Below, one piece after another: positions 1 through 10,416 of a stretch of 64,000 bases of DNA. The notes under the pieces are model-generated. The model had not been told where the DNA came from and searched no databases. It saw only the letters and a program-made list of their open reading frames with translations. Each line of letters begins with the position of its first letter. Positions within the stretch are counted from its first letter, which is position 1. A program made the position numbers and the translations under genes. Source of the DNA: Paragordius varius (taxonomy: Eukaryota; Animalia; Nematomorpha); assembly GCA_964247055.1 (NCBI GenBank), contig OZ176052.1, positions 6,820,001 through 6,884,000 on the forward strand, read 5' to 3'.

Positions 1-950
1 GCATTTCTTATCTCCTTCATTAATTATTACGTCCCGTCTAATCTTAGATAATTTGGATCCATTTTTATAGAAAAATATATTTTTTTCATTGGTAAAATTT
101 GTCGATATTAATATGCCAGGAGTTTCAATGCAATAAGACATGCCATTTATTGAATAAATTTTCATTATAAATACAAAAATGTAAAATTCAGCGATGATTC
201 GTTTAATTGTTTTGAATTTCCTAGAAAAATTATTCATCAATTACGATAATACCTATTATTGTTATTTTTTAACAATTGGATATGTAAGTATAAGCGCGAT
301 TGGTAACATATATTATACAAAGTAAACAAATAAATTTTTGATTGCTGAGGCACCCATTTTATCTATATAGTAGTTTATTGCGATATTTTATAAATGGTGC
401 TAGTATTTATCCATCTAATTCTTTTTATCTCTAAATGGGCAGGTATTCATTATGTCTTATATACAATTTATAATAATATTGTTTATTAAAAAAATATGTT
501 AACCCAATTAGTGGCATAGGTGTCATAATTTTAAAGATTTATTTATTAAAAATTTTTGCCTGAGTAAATTATTGGAATCAATAAAAAAGAGGTGTGATTT
601 TTTTGAATTTTTATATTACATTGGAACTGAACTTAATTGATATCCCTTGTGAAATGTTTTAATGCTGTGATCAATTCAGTTTATTTTATTTAGAGATATC
701 TTTATAAAATTTAATTCATTTCTGATAAAAAATCATAAACATTACGCAATTGTAGTAATTATCAAATGCTATTACGACCCTTTTTATAACTTAATATGTT
801 AATAACAGTGATTGATTGGAGCTAAAACTATTTTTATATATTAAATAAGTTATACTCATTACAAAAGGTAAAATAATTTTAAAACGGTTCCTAAACATAG
901 GGTGTTGCCTTCAATCCGTGATTTTTTGCTTTAATTTTTAAAACATTTAG

Positions 951-1529
951 GCATTTAAATAAAGCAATAGTGACTAATGCACCCAACTCGGGCACAATAC
1001 GTACATATGCATTGGGTCAAACCCCAAAACTGCCATTTTACTATCATCAAGATAAAAATTATAATATTATGTACTGATTGGATATTTAAGGGCAATGTTT
1101 GAAGTGAATAAGCATCACTCAGTAAGCGTAATATATAAAATTTATAGCAGGTCGCCAAACGTAAACTAGTTTATATGGAAATATACCATGTAAATGAAAA
1201 GGTAAAACTTAAATACCATTTAATAATATATTTATCTTTTGATTTAGAATCATCCATATTTAATTCGGATTTTTTGTGTGCCCTATCACCCAAAACTACG
1301 CTCACCCATCAAACGACTGATTTTATTACAAAAAAAGATATCCCTAAAGTTATTTCCGTTCAAAATAATAATGTAGATAAACATTTCATTTATTGTTGAC
1401 GTAAGCAAGCAAACACTCGCTACTAGAAATATAAACATTAGGATACCATTAAATGTAAGTGAATGTAAAAGGCTTGATCCCTTGTTAAAATGGTTACAGA
1501 CGCAACATATTAGTTTCAACGCCACACCC
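951..1529 (+). CDS. Spliced internal exons of an unidentified protein gene (ends not resolved)
   Basis: Exons 951-1070, 1091-1121, 1148-1348, 1377-1529 joined by GT-AG introns of 20 nt (1071-1090), 26 nt (1122-1147) and 28 nt (1349-1376). Each non-3n intron restores a stop-free frame: HLNKAIVTNAPNSGTIRTYALGQTPKLPFYYHQDKNYNIM-AMFEVNKHHS-QVAKRKLVYMEIYHVNEK...TTDFITKKDIPK-INISFIVDVSKQTLATRNINIRIPLNVSECKRLDPLLKWLQTQHISFNATP. Includes the frame of supplied ORF 1175..1399. An extra intron inside 1148-1348 is possible. No homology recognised. Confidence 0.55.
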
Positions 1530-2072
1530 GTAAGTGTTTTATTTGAATATGCCAATTATGCTTTTTAGTTATAAATTCAGGCGACTAAAATATATTGATT
1601 ACCAGAACATTAGTATTTTATGGCCTAAAATGCCACCTTTATAGAATTAAGAAACCGGTTAGACATTGTTTCTACCAATCTCAAATTAGATTTTATTACT
1701 ATTTAAAAAGCATTCATAAACTCGATTTTGGGCATCCTTTTTATTCGCAATTATTGAAACTGCCGTGGTAAACACTTTCCTTAAAATTACACATATTCAT
1801 TAATAAGCCTATTCAATATTACTATTAATTATATCAGATTTCGCCCGTAAAATTTTACACAAATATTACGAAAAATATTTTCCTATGATGATTATTTTTA
1901 TATATAAGCGCCCTACATTTGACTAAAAAAGTTTATGATTTTCTTCTAATTTTGTAAATATATTGACAAAGTTTATATTATGCAACTAATCAAATGTCAA
2001 GGATTTTCCCATGAATTACAAAGCCTTCAACATCTTTGTTTATAACATAAAATTTATGATTTAAATTACTAG

Positions 2073-2322
2073 AAATCTGTTACCATTAAAAAACGTGCTT
2101 TGGGTTGTATAAATTATAAAAGGAACACAAGATATGAATGGTCCATTATGACCAACATTTCATGTTTAAGTAAGCATGTTTAAATAAATACTTTAAATAA
2201 ATAAATTCCTAATAAGATATTTCCTAACCAGATATTGATATGGAAAGATTGTGCACCACAGAACTTAATGAAAAACAAGACTTAAATGGGTCTGTCTTTA
2301 GAAGCGCATTAGCAAAATGGAG
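2073..2322 (+). CDS. Two phase-matched coding exons of an unidentified gene
   Basis: Exons 2073-2169 and 2232-2322 with a 62-nt GTAAGC...CCAG intron (2170-2231), phase 1 on both sides: KSVTIKKRALGCINYKRNTRYEWSIMTNISCLN-IDMERLCTTELNEKQDLNGSVFRSALAKW. Followed by donor GTAAAT at 2323. Confidence 0.45.
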
Positions 2323-4170
2323 GTAAATCATCATTTATAGGTTGCTGTTATGTTGTGTAATAATGAAAATAACCAATTAATTAAAATTTAAATGTATTAG
2401 ATATTTGTTTAAAATTTTGGTTCATATTTATAAAGACTATTGATTTTTAGTCAATACGGTCTAGCCGCTTACGAATGCAGCATTTAGCGGTAACCTGTCT
2501 TAATACCACAAACTAAAGAAAAATTTACCACTCAATTGTATATATTTTGTAAAATATATTAATATAATATTATATACCTCAATTTACTCACTCTGGGGGG
2601 ATTGAAACATAATGACCAATACAGTCGGTTGTTCCTCATGTGTGAGAACTGAGAACTGTGATATTAAATATGTTAAGATTTTTTAATCTGATCTTTGTAG
2701 CCCAAATGTATTATTCGTCGCTTAACTCCTTCCATTGAGCCGAGCTGTAGTAAAGATTGGGTTTATTGAAGTAATTTTAAATTTTTATATGCTGTTTTCA
2801 TTGTATATTTAGGATATAGCTATAAGTCCATAGTTTGCATGTTTTCATTTTATTGAAATCAGTTTTAATGATATTCCAAAACTCACATCTGTATTCTTGG
2901 AAAAATTATTGTTCCATTTTAGACGCGTTGTGTCATCGGCACTCAAGATAATGATGGTTTCGCCTATATTGATTCTTTTAGATCTTGCGATCATTTTAGT
3001 TATGCTTGCAAATTAATACTAAATTATAATGGCGATAAAATGCATTTGGTATGATATGATACATCAGGTCTTCCTTCTTTTATTTATGTTTGCCATAATT
3101 TATCGTGATTCCCTCCCTGGGATCATTCAGAAGGCAGATAAAAATCGTTGTAAATTGTTTGGTCATTTTTCTTCTTAAGTTGAAGATTTAATTTCAACAA
3201 CTTCGATGCGCCTAAAACCAGCTTGTTTATTTGATATCAAGTTATCTGCCAATACTCTATCCTCATTTGGATCATTTATATTATTATGCTTTTGAGAGTG
3301 ATTCATTACATTCCTTTTTTGATCCGGTTTAATGCATTTATTTATGAATTAAAACGTGTTTTGTAGCCATTCATTATTAATGCACAGCGCGTTACATAGA
3401 CTTATAATGATGCTTATGGGTGCATGTTTAAGAGAATCTCCAATGGTTTTTCTGATTTGGTAAATCTAAAGGATTTTTCAATTTTTCTTTGTGTAACATT
3501 AGGTCATGATTCGTAAGAAAATTTTTATGGCTGTATATTTTTTAAATTAGTTTCTAGTGTATTCTTCCCATCTTATTTTACCCTCTGTAATTTTAAAATG
3601 CTTATAAGTTTTTAATCTTTTTATTCAATGATTATCTTGTTGCTTGGTAAATAGTTGCTTTTTAAGACATTATAAACAGCCATAACATAAAAGTCTATAT
3701 CACAGCTTGAACAATTTATTTAAAGCATTTAAAATTCACCCTTAAATATTTTAAGCTCACCATCAACATTTCAAATTACTTAAAATTTTTTAACCTTATT
3801 TAACACTTAAAACTAATATTTTAACATTTTAATGTAACACTCAAACCTAATTTTTTGGGCTAATTTGACATTTATAATATTTTATTTTTTCAATATTTAC
3901 ACTCTTTTGTTATTTTTTTAATATTATTTATATATCAAAGGTAAGGTAATATTTGTTTTTAGGTTCTTGTTTTGGTTACTTAGCCAAAATCAGGTAATTT
4001 GTTTTTAGGATTATTTTTAAATGTTCAAGGATAAAAGTGTATAAAATCAAGGGTTAGCTTAAGTGTTAAAGGGTAAAATTATGGGTGTAATATATTTTGA
4101 TATATAGATTTAGTTTTTAAGTCATCAAAAGAATATATTTTCACTTTTATAAAAATTGCGCCATCTAATC

Positions 4171-4222
4171 GTGAAACTACACACAGGGCCATAAAAAAGC
4201 ACTTTTATGGCCGCGGTTTCAC
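4171..4222. other. Stem-loop (perfect 10-bp inner stem plus 7-bp outer stem)
   Basis: GGCCATAAAA (4187-4196) / TTTTATGGCC (4203-4212) with loop AAGCAC; outer GTGAAAC (4171-4177) / GTTTCAC (4216-4222). Function unknown. Confidence 0.5.
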
Positions 4223-4302
4223 TGATTACTATGATATTTGTAGTTTTTGGAATGAAGCGTTTCGCTTTAACCCAAAAATTTTTATTTTCCATATTTTTTT
4301 AG

Positions 4303-4555
4303 GAATGTGCGCGTGATGACAGTAGAACGTCGCTTAGATAAAAATGGTGAATACATTCTAAATTTGATTGTCCATAATTTGGAGTTTTACAACTGGTTTG
4401 TGGAATGGATTTCACAATTTGGAATAAAGGTATGATTAATTTCCATATGGGCATTAAATTGATCAAAGGAAAAAAATTTAATGTATGTGAGCAAGAATGA
4501 TTTTTTTGATTTCTTGATTAAATTATACCGGTTGTCGAATTTGAACGCGAATTAA
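4303..4555 (+). CDS. Two spliced coding exons, probably the 3' part of an unidentified gene
   Basis: Poly-T acceptor, exon 4303-4429 (NVRVMTVERRLDKNGEYILNLIVHNLEFYNWFVEWISQFGIK), 39-nt intron GTATGA...CAAAG (4430-4468) that removes an in-frame TGA, then exon 4469-4555 (EKNLMYVSKNDFFDFLIKLYRLSNLNAN, TAA). Confidence 0.5.
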
Positions 4556-5162
4556 CTTAGTATATATATAGCAAAGAGAATTGATAATGGCTAATAGCAG
4601 AAAAAAACGAATTAATGAACTCTAAGCCAATAATTATCTCCTTTGCTCTTATTATTTTAAATAGTACATAAAAAATCATCCATTTAGAGTGATTCTTACC
4701 ACGGGGTTGAATTTGACTATTTTTTGTTAAATGCAAGGGAGTCGCATGGAGGAGAAGGGGTGTGCTATCACTGATTCATGCACCTGGTTCCAGTACGCCT
4801 CTGTTAGTGTACCAAAATAGGAATTCATTTAGATAATGGTTATTGGCATCTTTCCCAACAATAGAGACACAGAATAACACTGCTCAACAAGGTTTTGCAC
4901 CACCCCATTATTTTTGCATTTTCTGATACCTAATGGCATGGAAAGGCCAAAACAAAAAAGAAAATTGAGGTCACCAATAGGATTTTCCCGATATTTAATT
5001 TTTAAATTTGTATTTAATTTAAAAATAACAATCATTCCTCGTGTATATATGTTTAAATATTCAAACAAACAAGTCGATACAAGTAATATTCCATGCATGA
5101 ATAACAAAATTCTAGGCATTAATTAAGATACTAAACAAGCTAAGAGCCAAAGTATTAAAAAT

Positions 5163-5423
5163 CTAAAAGGGGCTTATGTATAGTGTGATAGATCCGGGTG
5201 GCTGCACAAGCTCTGCATATCCCCCAAGCGATCCAATTATGCCAGATATGGCAAAGATAACAATAAGTAATCGTAAAGCCCGATAAGAGAGACTTGCAAG
5301 CAAAATCCAGGCAAATTGACATGTCAAATTAACCAATTCACAGAATAAAGTTAAATAAATTCTACAATTATTGAATAAAAAGATTAGGTAAATACAAATG
5401 GTCCAATCCCATAATAGTAAATT
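5163..5423 (-). CDS. Possible hydrophobic (membrane-protein-like) exon
   Basis: 86 stop-free codons after an acceptor-like TTTTAGTAG: ...ELVNLTCQFAWILLASLSYRALRLLIVIFAISGIIGSLGGYAELVQPPGSITLYISPF. A competing minus-strand frame (ORF 4829..5119) also looks hydrophobic, so the frame is unresolved. Confidence 0.2.
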   Translation of the reverse strand, partial: NLLLWDWTICIYLIFLFNNCRIYLTLFCELVNLTCQFAWILLASLSYRALRLLIVIFAISGIIGSLGGYAELVQPPGSITLYISPF

Positions 5424-7052
5424 CTACTAAAAGTGGCTACACAACATCCATCTGAAATTAAAAATACAAAACACCAATAATTTAAAAAAATAAAGTATAT
5501 CCACTAGGTATAAATAAAGGATTTTTTTGTAAGAACCAACTCAAGAAAAAAAGCCTTATAAATACTAGAAAGAACGAAAACTAACAAAAAAAATATAGCC
5601 TATCTAAAAGCCGAAGGTTTAAACCATAGAATGCCTTTTTTAGTATTTTTTTAAAAAATTTTATACGTATTAAAAATTCACTTGAAAGAAAAAGACTAAA
5701 TTTTGACGTTTAAGTCCCTACTATTTTTTTCTCTCTGATATTTAAATGATATATTTATATTCAAAAGATAGAGTTTAAAACGCTTTATTAAATGATATTA
5801 AGTTTATAATATAATAACATTTTATTATAAAGTTATATTTAATTTTCTCTCGATTTTCTCTTGTTTTTGAAAAATTGAAAAACCTATAATATTTCAAAAT
5901 TCTGATTGGCGGGATCAAAAATTCTTTCACATTCGGTTTTAAAACACTAATCATAATTTAAAAGTTTGAGTGGTGGTGCTCAAAAATGTCCAAATTTGTC
6001 GACTAGTGTAATTTATCCATTATTATATCTGTTAATATTCTGTGATACTTTGTTAATTAAGAAAGTAATATTTTTAGTATGTTGTAAAGGACAACAGTGT
6101 TATTGTCAATACGAATCTGATGTGCCCTCAAGAATCATTTGATCAAAGAAGTTAGTTAATATTATAAATATATTTAAAATCTTATTTGATTTTATTCCAC
6201 CTAATTATTGACTATTAGTTTGCACACATATTTAAAGCGGGTACGCTTTTAATTTAAAAGAGCTTTGATTGTTGTCGTTTCCACATAAAATTATTTATTA
6301 TACAATATATTATGTTTAGAGATGATATTTTACACATCATATTACCAGCTCTGGGACGATATAATATTGCACAAATCTTTTTATATGGGCAACTTCTTTC
6401 GCAATATTACCGATTCGAGGTAAAATTATTTAATTGGGGTGATACAAAACAAATTTTATTTAAATTGAAGATATTTTTGAATAAAAGCACACGTAAATTA
6501 CTAAAAGTAAATACAAGCGTTTTTCTTATATTGATTAATATCTTTTGGGGAATATAATAATTTATAGCAAGCAATTCTAACTATTGACTGTGAGAAGATT
6601 AGCAGAGCGTTGTTTGATCTAAATTTTTACCTTTTTTTAACATCAAATATTGTCTTATCTTTGAATACTTTTATGTGTTTTTTTTAAAAATAAATTGGGA
6701 ATTATACAGCCTACAAGAAGAATAATTAAAATCAAAATGTACCAGGCAGCAAATTATAAGTATTATGGCCCTATGATTAAAGGCATGGTAAAACATTTGA
6801 AAATTATATCATATATATTTATTTCAGCATTTTAACGAACTTCTTTCATTATGAGTATTGGTTAAAGTTAAAGCATTGTTTTTTTATGTTTCGAATATGG
6901 CTTAAATACTGATTAGCTATAAACGTATTTTATTTTATTATTTATTTTTATCCTATGTGCCGTTCGACCCCCATTTTTTCAGATTCTGATTTCCTATTAA
7001 TCTATTTCTTTTGCCGCAAAAATGATGTCAAATTTTTAAGTCCTATATCATT

Positions 7053-8368
7053 CGATAGGTAACTTTAAGATCAATATTGAAACAATAAATACCAGAAAAA
7101 ATGATTTTTATCTAGCTCAAAGTCAAAAATCGCATTATATCGCTATAAAAGCAAATACAATAAAAAACGCGCCTACTAAATTTTAATTTTGTCTAACCTA
7201 ATGTGTAATTAAATGCTTTTAATACCATAATTAACTCTTTTTATTGTATTTTAACCGCATTTACATTTTGATTTCACTATTATGAAGCATTTGGCTATCG
7301 ATATATGATGATTAACATTTATTTTTGCGTATCAGGTTTGTTTAACCTACTATGATATAAAAATATTTATCTAAACTTTCTACTAAAAAAACCAGCGTAT
7401 TTGTAAATATTTAATGTTATTGATTAATTAATTTATAGATTAAAGGAATTAAGACTCACCATTCCAAAGTATATGCCCTTTGATCGATTTTTCGTTAATT
7501 TAACCAAACTCAAGGATCCATTACAGATTTGGAAGGAATTGGAAGATAATACTAATTTAACTGTTCAGGCAAAAGTAAAAATTAAAAATTACTTTTAGGT
7601 TTATAAAACGACTCAGTTATCCTATAATTGTCCGAATAAGTTAACAATAAATGCCAATGATTATGTTAAAAAGGGCATGGAAGTTAAGTGTTTTCTTTCT
7701 GAAAATCCACCAAGCTCCATTTACTTGTCCCTTATGATAGAATATACGAAAGGTATGCTTATATTATCAATTAATTATTTGTTAATAGCTAATGAGGCCG
7801 TTGTATAACTTGAGGGTACGCGGCAAAAATCAATATTATGGCAATGTAATTTGTGCAATAAAATTTTTAAACATCGATGCAAAAAAATCGTGAAAAGAAT
7901 AAAAATAGGTAAAATAATGAAATAGTTTATAAACTTTTAATTATATACTGCTTTTTAGCATTATTGAATGCCCTAAATCACACCTTCTTCACAAATAATA
8001 AAAAATTACTATTGGAGAAAAGAGTGATTTTGTTTCTTGTTATGTATAATCATAGTAGAAATATTTTAAATCTAAATTTTATATAATTTTTAATATTTAC
8101 CACATAAATACTATAATAAATCCATATATGTTACGTTAAAAAAATTAGCTTTGCAAAAAGTTATGTTTTATAACAATCAGGTCTAATTTATGAAACTATA
8201 AAATCCTAATAAAAAATAAAGATACTCATTTGTGTACATATTATCATAAAAGTTAACTTAGTTTCCTTATTTATTATTTGTACGCAAAAATGCGATTTTT
8301 TGATTTAGGCTGAAAAAAATGAAACCAGTATTTGAACCATATTTATTGTTTAAATGTCTAGCTATCGT
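7053..8368. repeat. Degenerate inverted repeat pair (~80 bp arms at ~7053-7136 and ~8289-8368)
   Basis: ATTTTTATCTAGCTCAAAGTCAAAAATCGCATT (to 7136) aligns with the reverse complement of AATGCGATTTTTTGATTTAGGCTGAAAAAAAT (from 8289). Both arms also share AAACAATAAATA and CGATAG in inverted orientation. Confidence 0.4.
7439..7752 (+). CDS. Two spliced coding exons of an unidentified gene
   Basis: Exon 7439-7574 (LKELRLTIPKYMPFDRFFVNLTKLKDPLQIWKELEDNTNLTVQAK), 24-nt intron GTAAAA...TTTTAG (7575-7598) whose terminal TAG would otherwise be an in-frame stop, exon 7599-7752 (VYKTTQLSYNCPNKLTINANDYVKKGMEVKCFLSENPPSSIYLSLMIEYTK), donor GTATGC at 7753. Confidence 0.6.
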
Positions 8369-8477
8369 ACATTTTATATATCTTGTCTCAGTGTTTATAA
8401 GGGCAGCAAATAATTTGCAGAAATAAATGAATGCAAACCCTCTGCTTTATAAATGTTATATAAATACTTTATTATAG

Positions 8478-8712
8478 AGTTGGAAGTGGCTGAGGATATA
8501 TGTAAACAAGCTGGTGATTATAATAATTTGGGACAAATATTTATAAATACTTTTGAAAAGTTTATCATTCATTATAATTTTTTAGGGTTCCGAATGATTC
8601 ACAGATTGAATTAAAGCAGGATGACAATGGAAACATTAATATATGGGTTAATCGGAATGTAAAAGATTGGCTTAATCAATATTCATTGTACCCCAAAAAA
8701 TATTCAGTATAA
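8478..8712 (+). CDS. Two spliced coding exons (may continue the 7439-7908 gene)
   Basis: Exon 8478-8559, 26-nt intron (8560-8585), exon from 8586 to TAA at 8710-8712: LEVAEDICKQAGDYNNLGQIFINTFEK-VPNDSQIELKQDDNGNINIWVNRNVKDWLNQYSLYPKKYSV. Phase-1 entry matches the donors at 7753 and 7909. Confidence 0.6.
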
Positions 8713-8803
8713 TATATAGTTATTTTCAATAACTCATTATGGCGTTTCTTAAAAAAATACCGCCGTCTGCGTAAGTTATGAAAACACGTTTAAATGTATC
8801 TAG

Positions 8804-9427
8804 GCTGACTTATATATAAATTTTATGATATGGCACAGGTATTTTGGAGTTTACTCATTCAAAAATATATTATTGTTTAGAGGAGCTGCACCCATGACAC
8901 AGATGATATGAATTTTAGTGGTTTAACTACTCTTAATCGCGACACTAATGAAGTAGTCTATAGTTGTATAATTATAGGCTTCAAAAAATCATTGTAAACA
9001 ATGGAAACTTACTCTTGGACACTGCAAAGGTAAGCGTATGGGATTTATTTAATATAGAAATAACGGAAAACGAAACAAAAATAAAAGATGAACGCTTTAA
9101 AAATCAATTTTTGGAAACATTTGTCTTGTTAGAGGATAAATGGATACAAAACCTTTTGTTTAACATAAAATTTATTGGCCAAGTTTGTTTGACTTAATGA
9201 GTATTAGTTAGAAATATCAGCTAAAATCAATGGTACCGTAGAAATAGCTTTTGCTCGATATCACTCAATCAAGCACATGCATTTCCATTTTGAGGTATAA
9301 TCAATCTCTTATTAATTTAAAATTACGGTTCTAATATGATACTATTTTAATCTAAAATTTTTATGTTGCAATATATTTTAAATATTATTTACATATTATT
9401 AATATTCGTTATCAGGATACAAATTAA
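8804..9427 (+). CDS. Multi-exon coding segment with consecutive tiny introns, product unknown
   Basis: Exons 8804-8848, 8881-8952, 8978-9029, 9058-9182, 9208-9294, 9416-9427; introns of 32, 25, 28, 25 and 121 nt, all GT-AG and phase-consistent: ADLYINFMIWHRYFG-RSCTHDTDDMNFSGLTTLNRDTNE-ASKNHCKQWKLTLGHCK-EITENETKIKDERFKNQFLETFVLLEDKWIQNLLFNIKFIGQ-LEISAKINGTVEIAFARYHSIKHMHFHFE-DTN(TAA). The fourth exon is the frame of supplied ORF 8964..9197. Confidence 0.65.
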
Positions 9428-9890
9428 ATCCTAATATTTAACATATTTGAAAAGTATTTTGGCGGTATTGTTTAACGCATTAATAATATTCAATGTTGCG
9501 TACAAATTTAAGTAAATGCCTGCCATGTTGTTAATGATATGATTTTTAATACGGATTGAAGGTAGAATCTTTATATAAACTATTCTTAATTTTTAACTTT
9601 TAAATATGGTCTCTAATCACTTTCATTATTATTAGTAATTTTTTTTGAACCAAAATTTAATATCAATATAGACATATAATTAATTCAAATAATTATTACA
9701 ATTTTGGAAAGTTAAGTAAAAGTACTAAACCTTAATTTGTACAATTTTAAACACATAAAAGCATACTGGTCAAAGATTGCAAAGCATAGGATTTGCGTTT
9801 ATTCATATGATATTACTTTATAAATCATATTATATGATTTTTAATATGTCGTTATATTATTTTAGGGTTTGTTAGCTATTTTTCAAATAG

Positions 9891-10009
9891 GAAATAACAT
9901 GAGGATTAACGGAATCGATTGCATGGGATGTATATTAATGGACATATATGCTATTAAATCAAATATATCTGTTAATGGGAATGTTTTAATTGAATATGTG
10001 AGAAAATAA
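9891..10009 (+). CDS. Possible terminal coding exon
   Basis: Acceptor TTTTTCAAATAG, then 38 stop-free codons NNMRINGIDCMGCILMDIYAIKSNISVNGNVLIEYVRK ending in TAA. Upstream partner exon not established. Confidence 0.3.
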
Positions 10010-10416
10010 ATTTTGTTTATTACACTTTGCATTCATTAATAATCGCAAAAAAGTTTTAAGGTGTTTCAAAAAAAAATTTGTTTAAAACAATCCTTAACTA
10101 AAAATATCAAATTTTATTGATTAAGGTAAAAAAGCTTGAGATATTATAAAAAAATAAATATGGATCATAAAAATCCATTTTTTTAATAATAAAAAATATT
10201 ATTTGGCCATTTCGCTCAAATACTAAAAATTAAATTAGTTGACACAAAAACAGATCAATTTTTTATTTGTGCTATTTTCATTTATTTAACTTATATACCA
10301 CTTTTCAGTCAAAAACAACATTTTTTCAAGCAAATGAAACAATTTTTTAAAATTGAAAACAATTATTTTTATTTTATGACAATTTATTATTATTATTGAG
10401 TATTTAATAATTTTAA

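Noticed and set aside
955-1555. Minus-strand ORFs 955..1158 and 1286..1555
   Set aside because: They are antisense shadows of the better-supported plus-strand spliced exons.
1-3500. Reading long frames with all three stops reassigned (TGA=Trp, TAR=Gln)
   Set aside because: All frames look about equally protein-like by eye under that code, so the impression has no discriminating power.
2580-3500. Minus-strand RT-like words (LISNKQAGFRR, ILSADDTT)
   Set aside because: Spacing between them (~85 codons) is too short for an RT domain, the intervening KAFD and PQG motifs are missing, and the frame has many stops. The region may be coding or decayed but cannot be assigned.
4518-5738. ~406-codon TGA-free plus-strand frame (would be an ORF if TAA/TAG = Gln), including a weak PHD-like VQCDRSGWLHKLC
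   Set aside because: A run this long is only borderline among six frames of 12 kb of AT-rich DNA. The translation is poor in D/E, the PHD spacing is wrong, and it is the in-register antisense of a hydrophobic minus-strand frame.
5890-5915. CCAAT-box/E2F/CHR-like words (TTTCAAA...CTGATTGGCGGGA) as a promoter
   Set aside because: Short motifs with no mapped transcription start and an unknown host; not supportable from sequence alone.
6060-6830. ORF 6312..6557 and neighbouring exon-like segments
   Set aside because: Two different frames are stop-free and plausible, and splice phases could not be chained consistently. Probably partly coding, but no defensible model.
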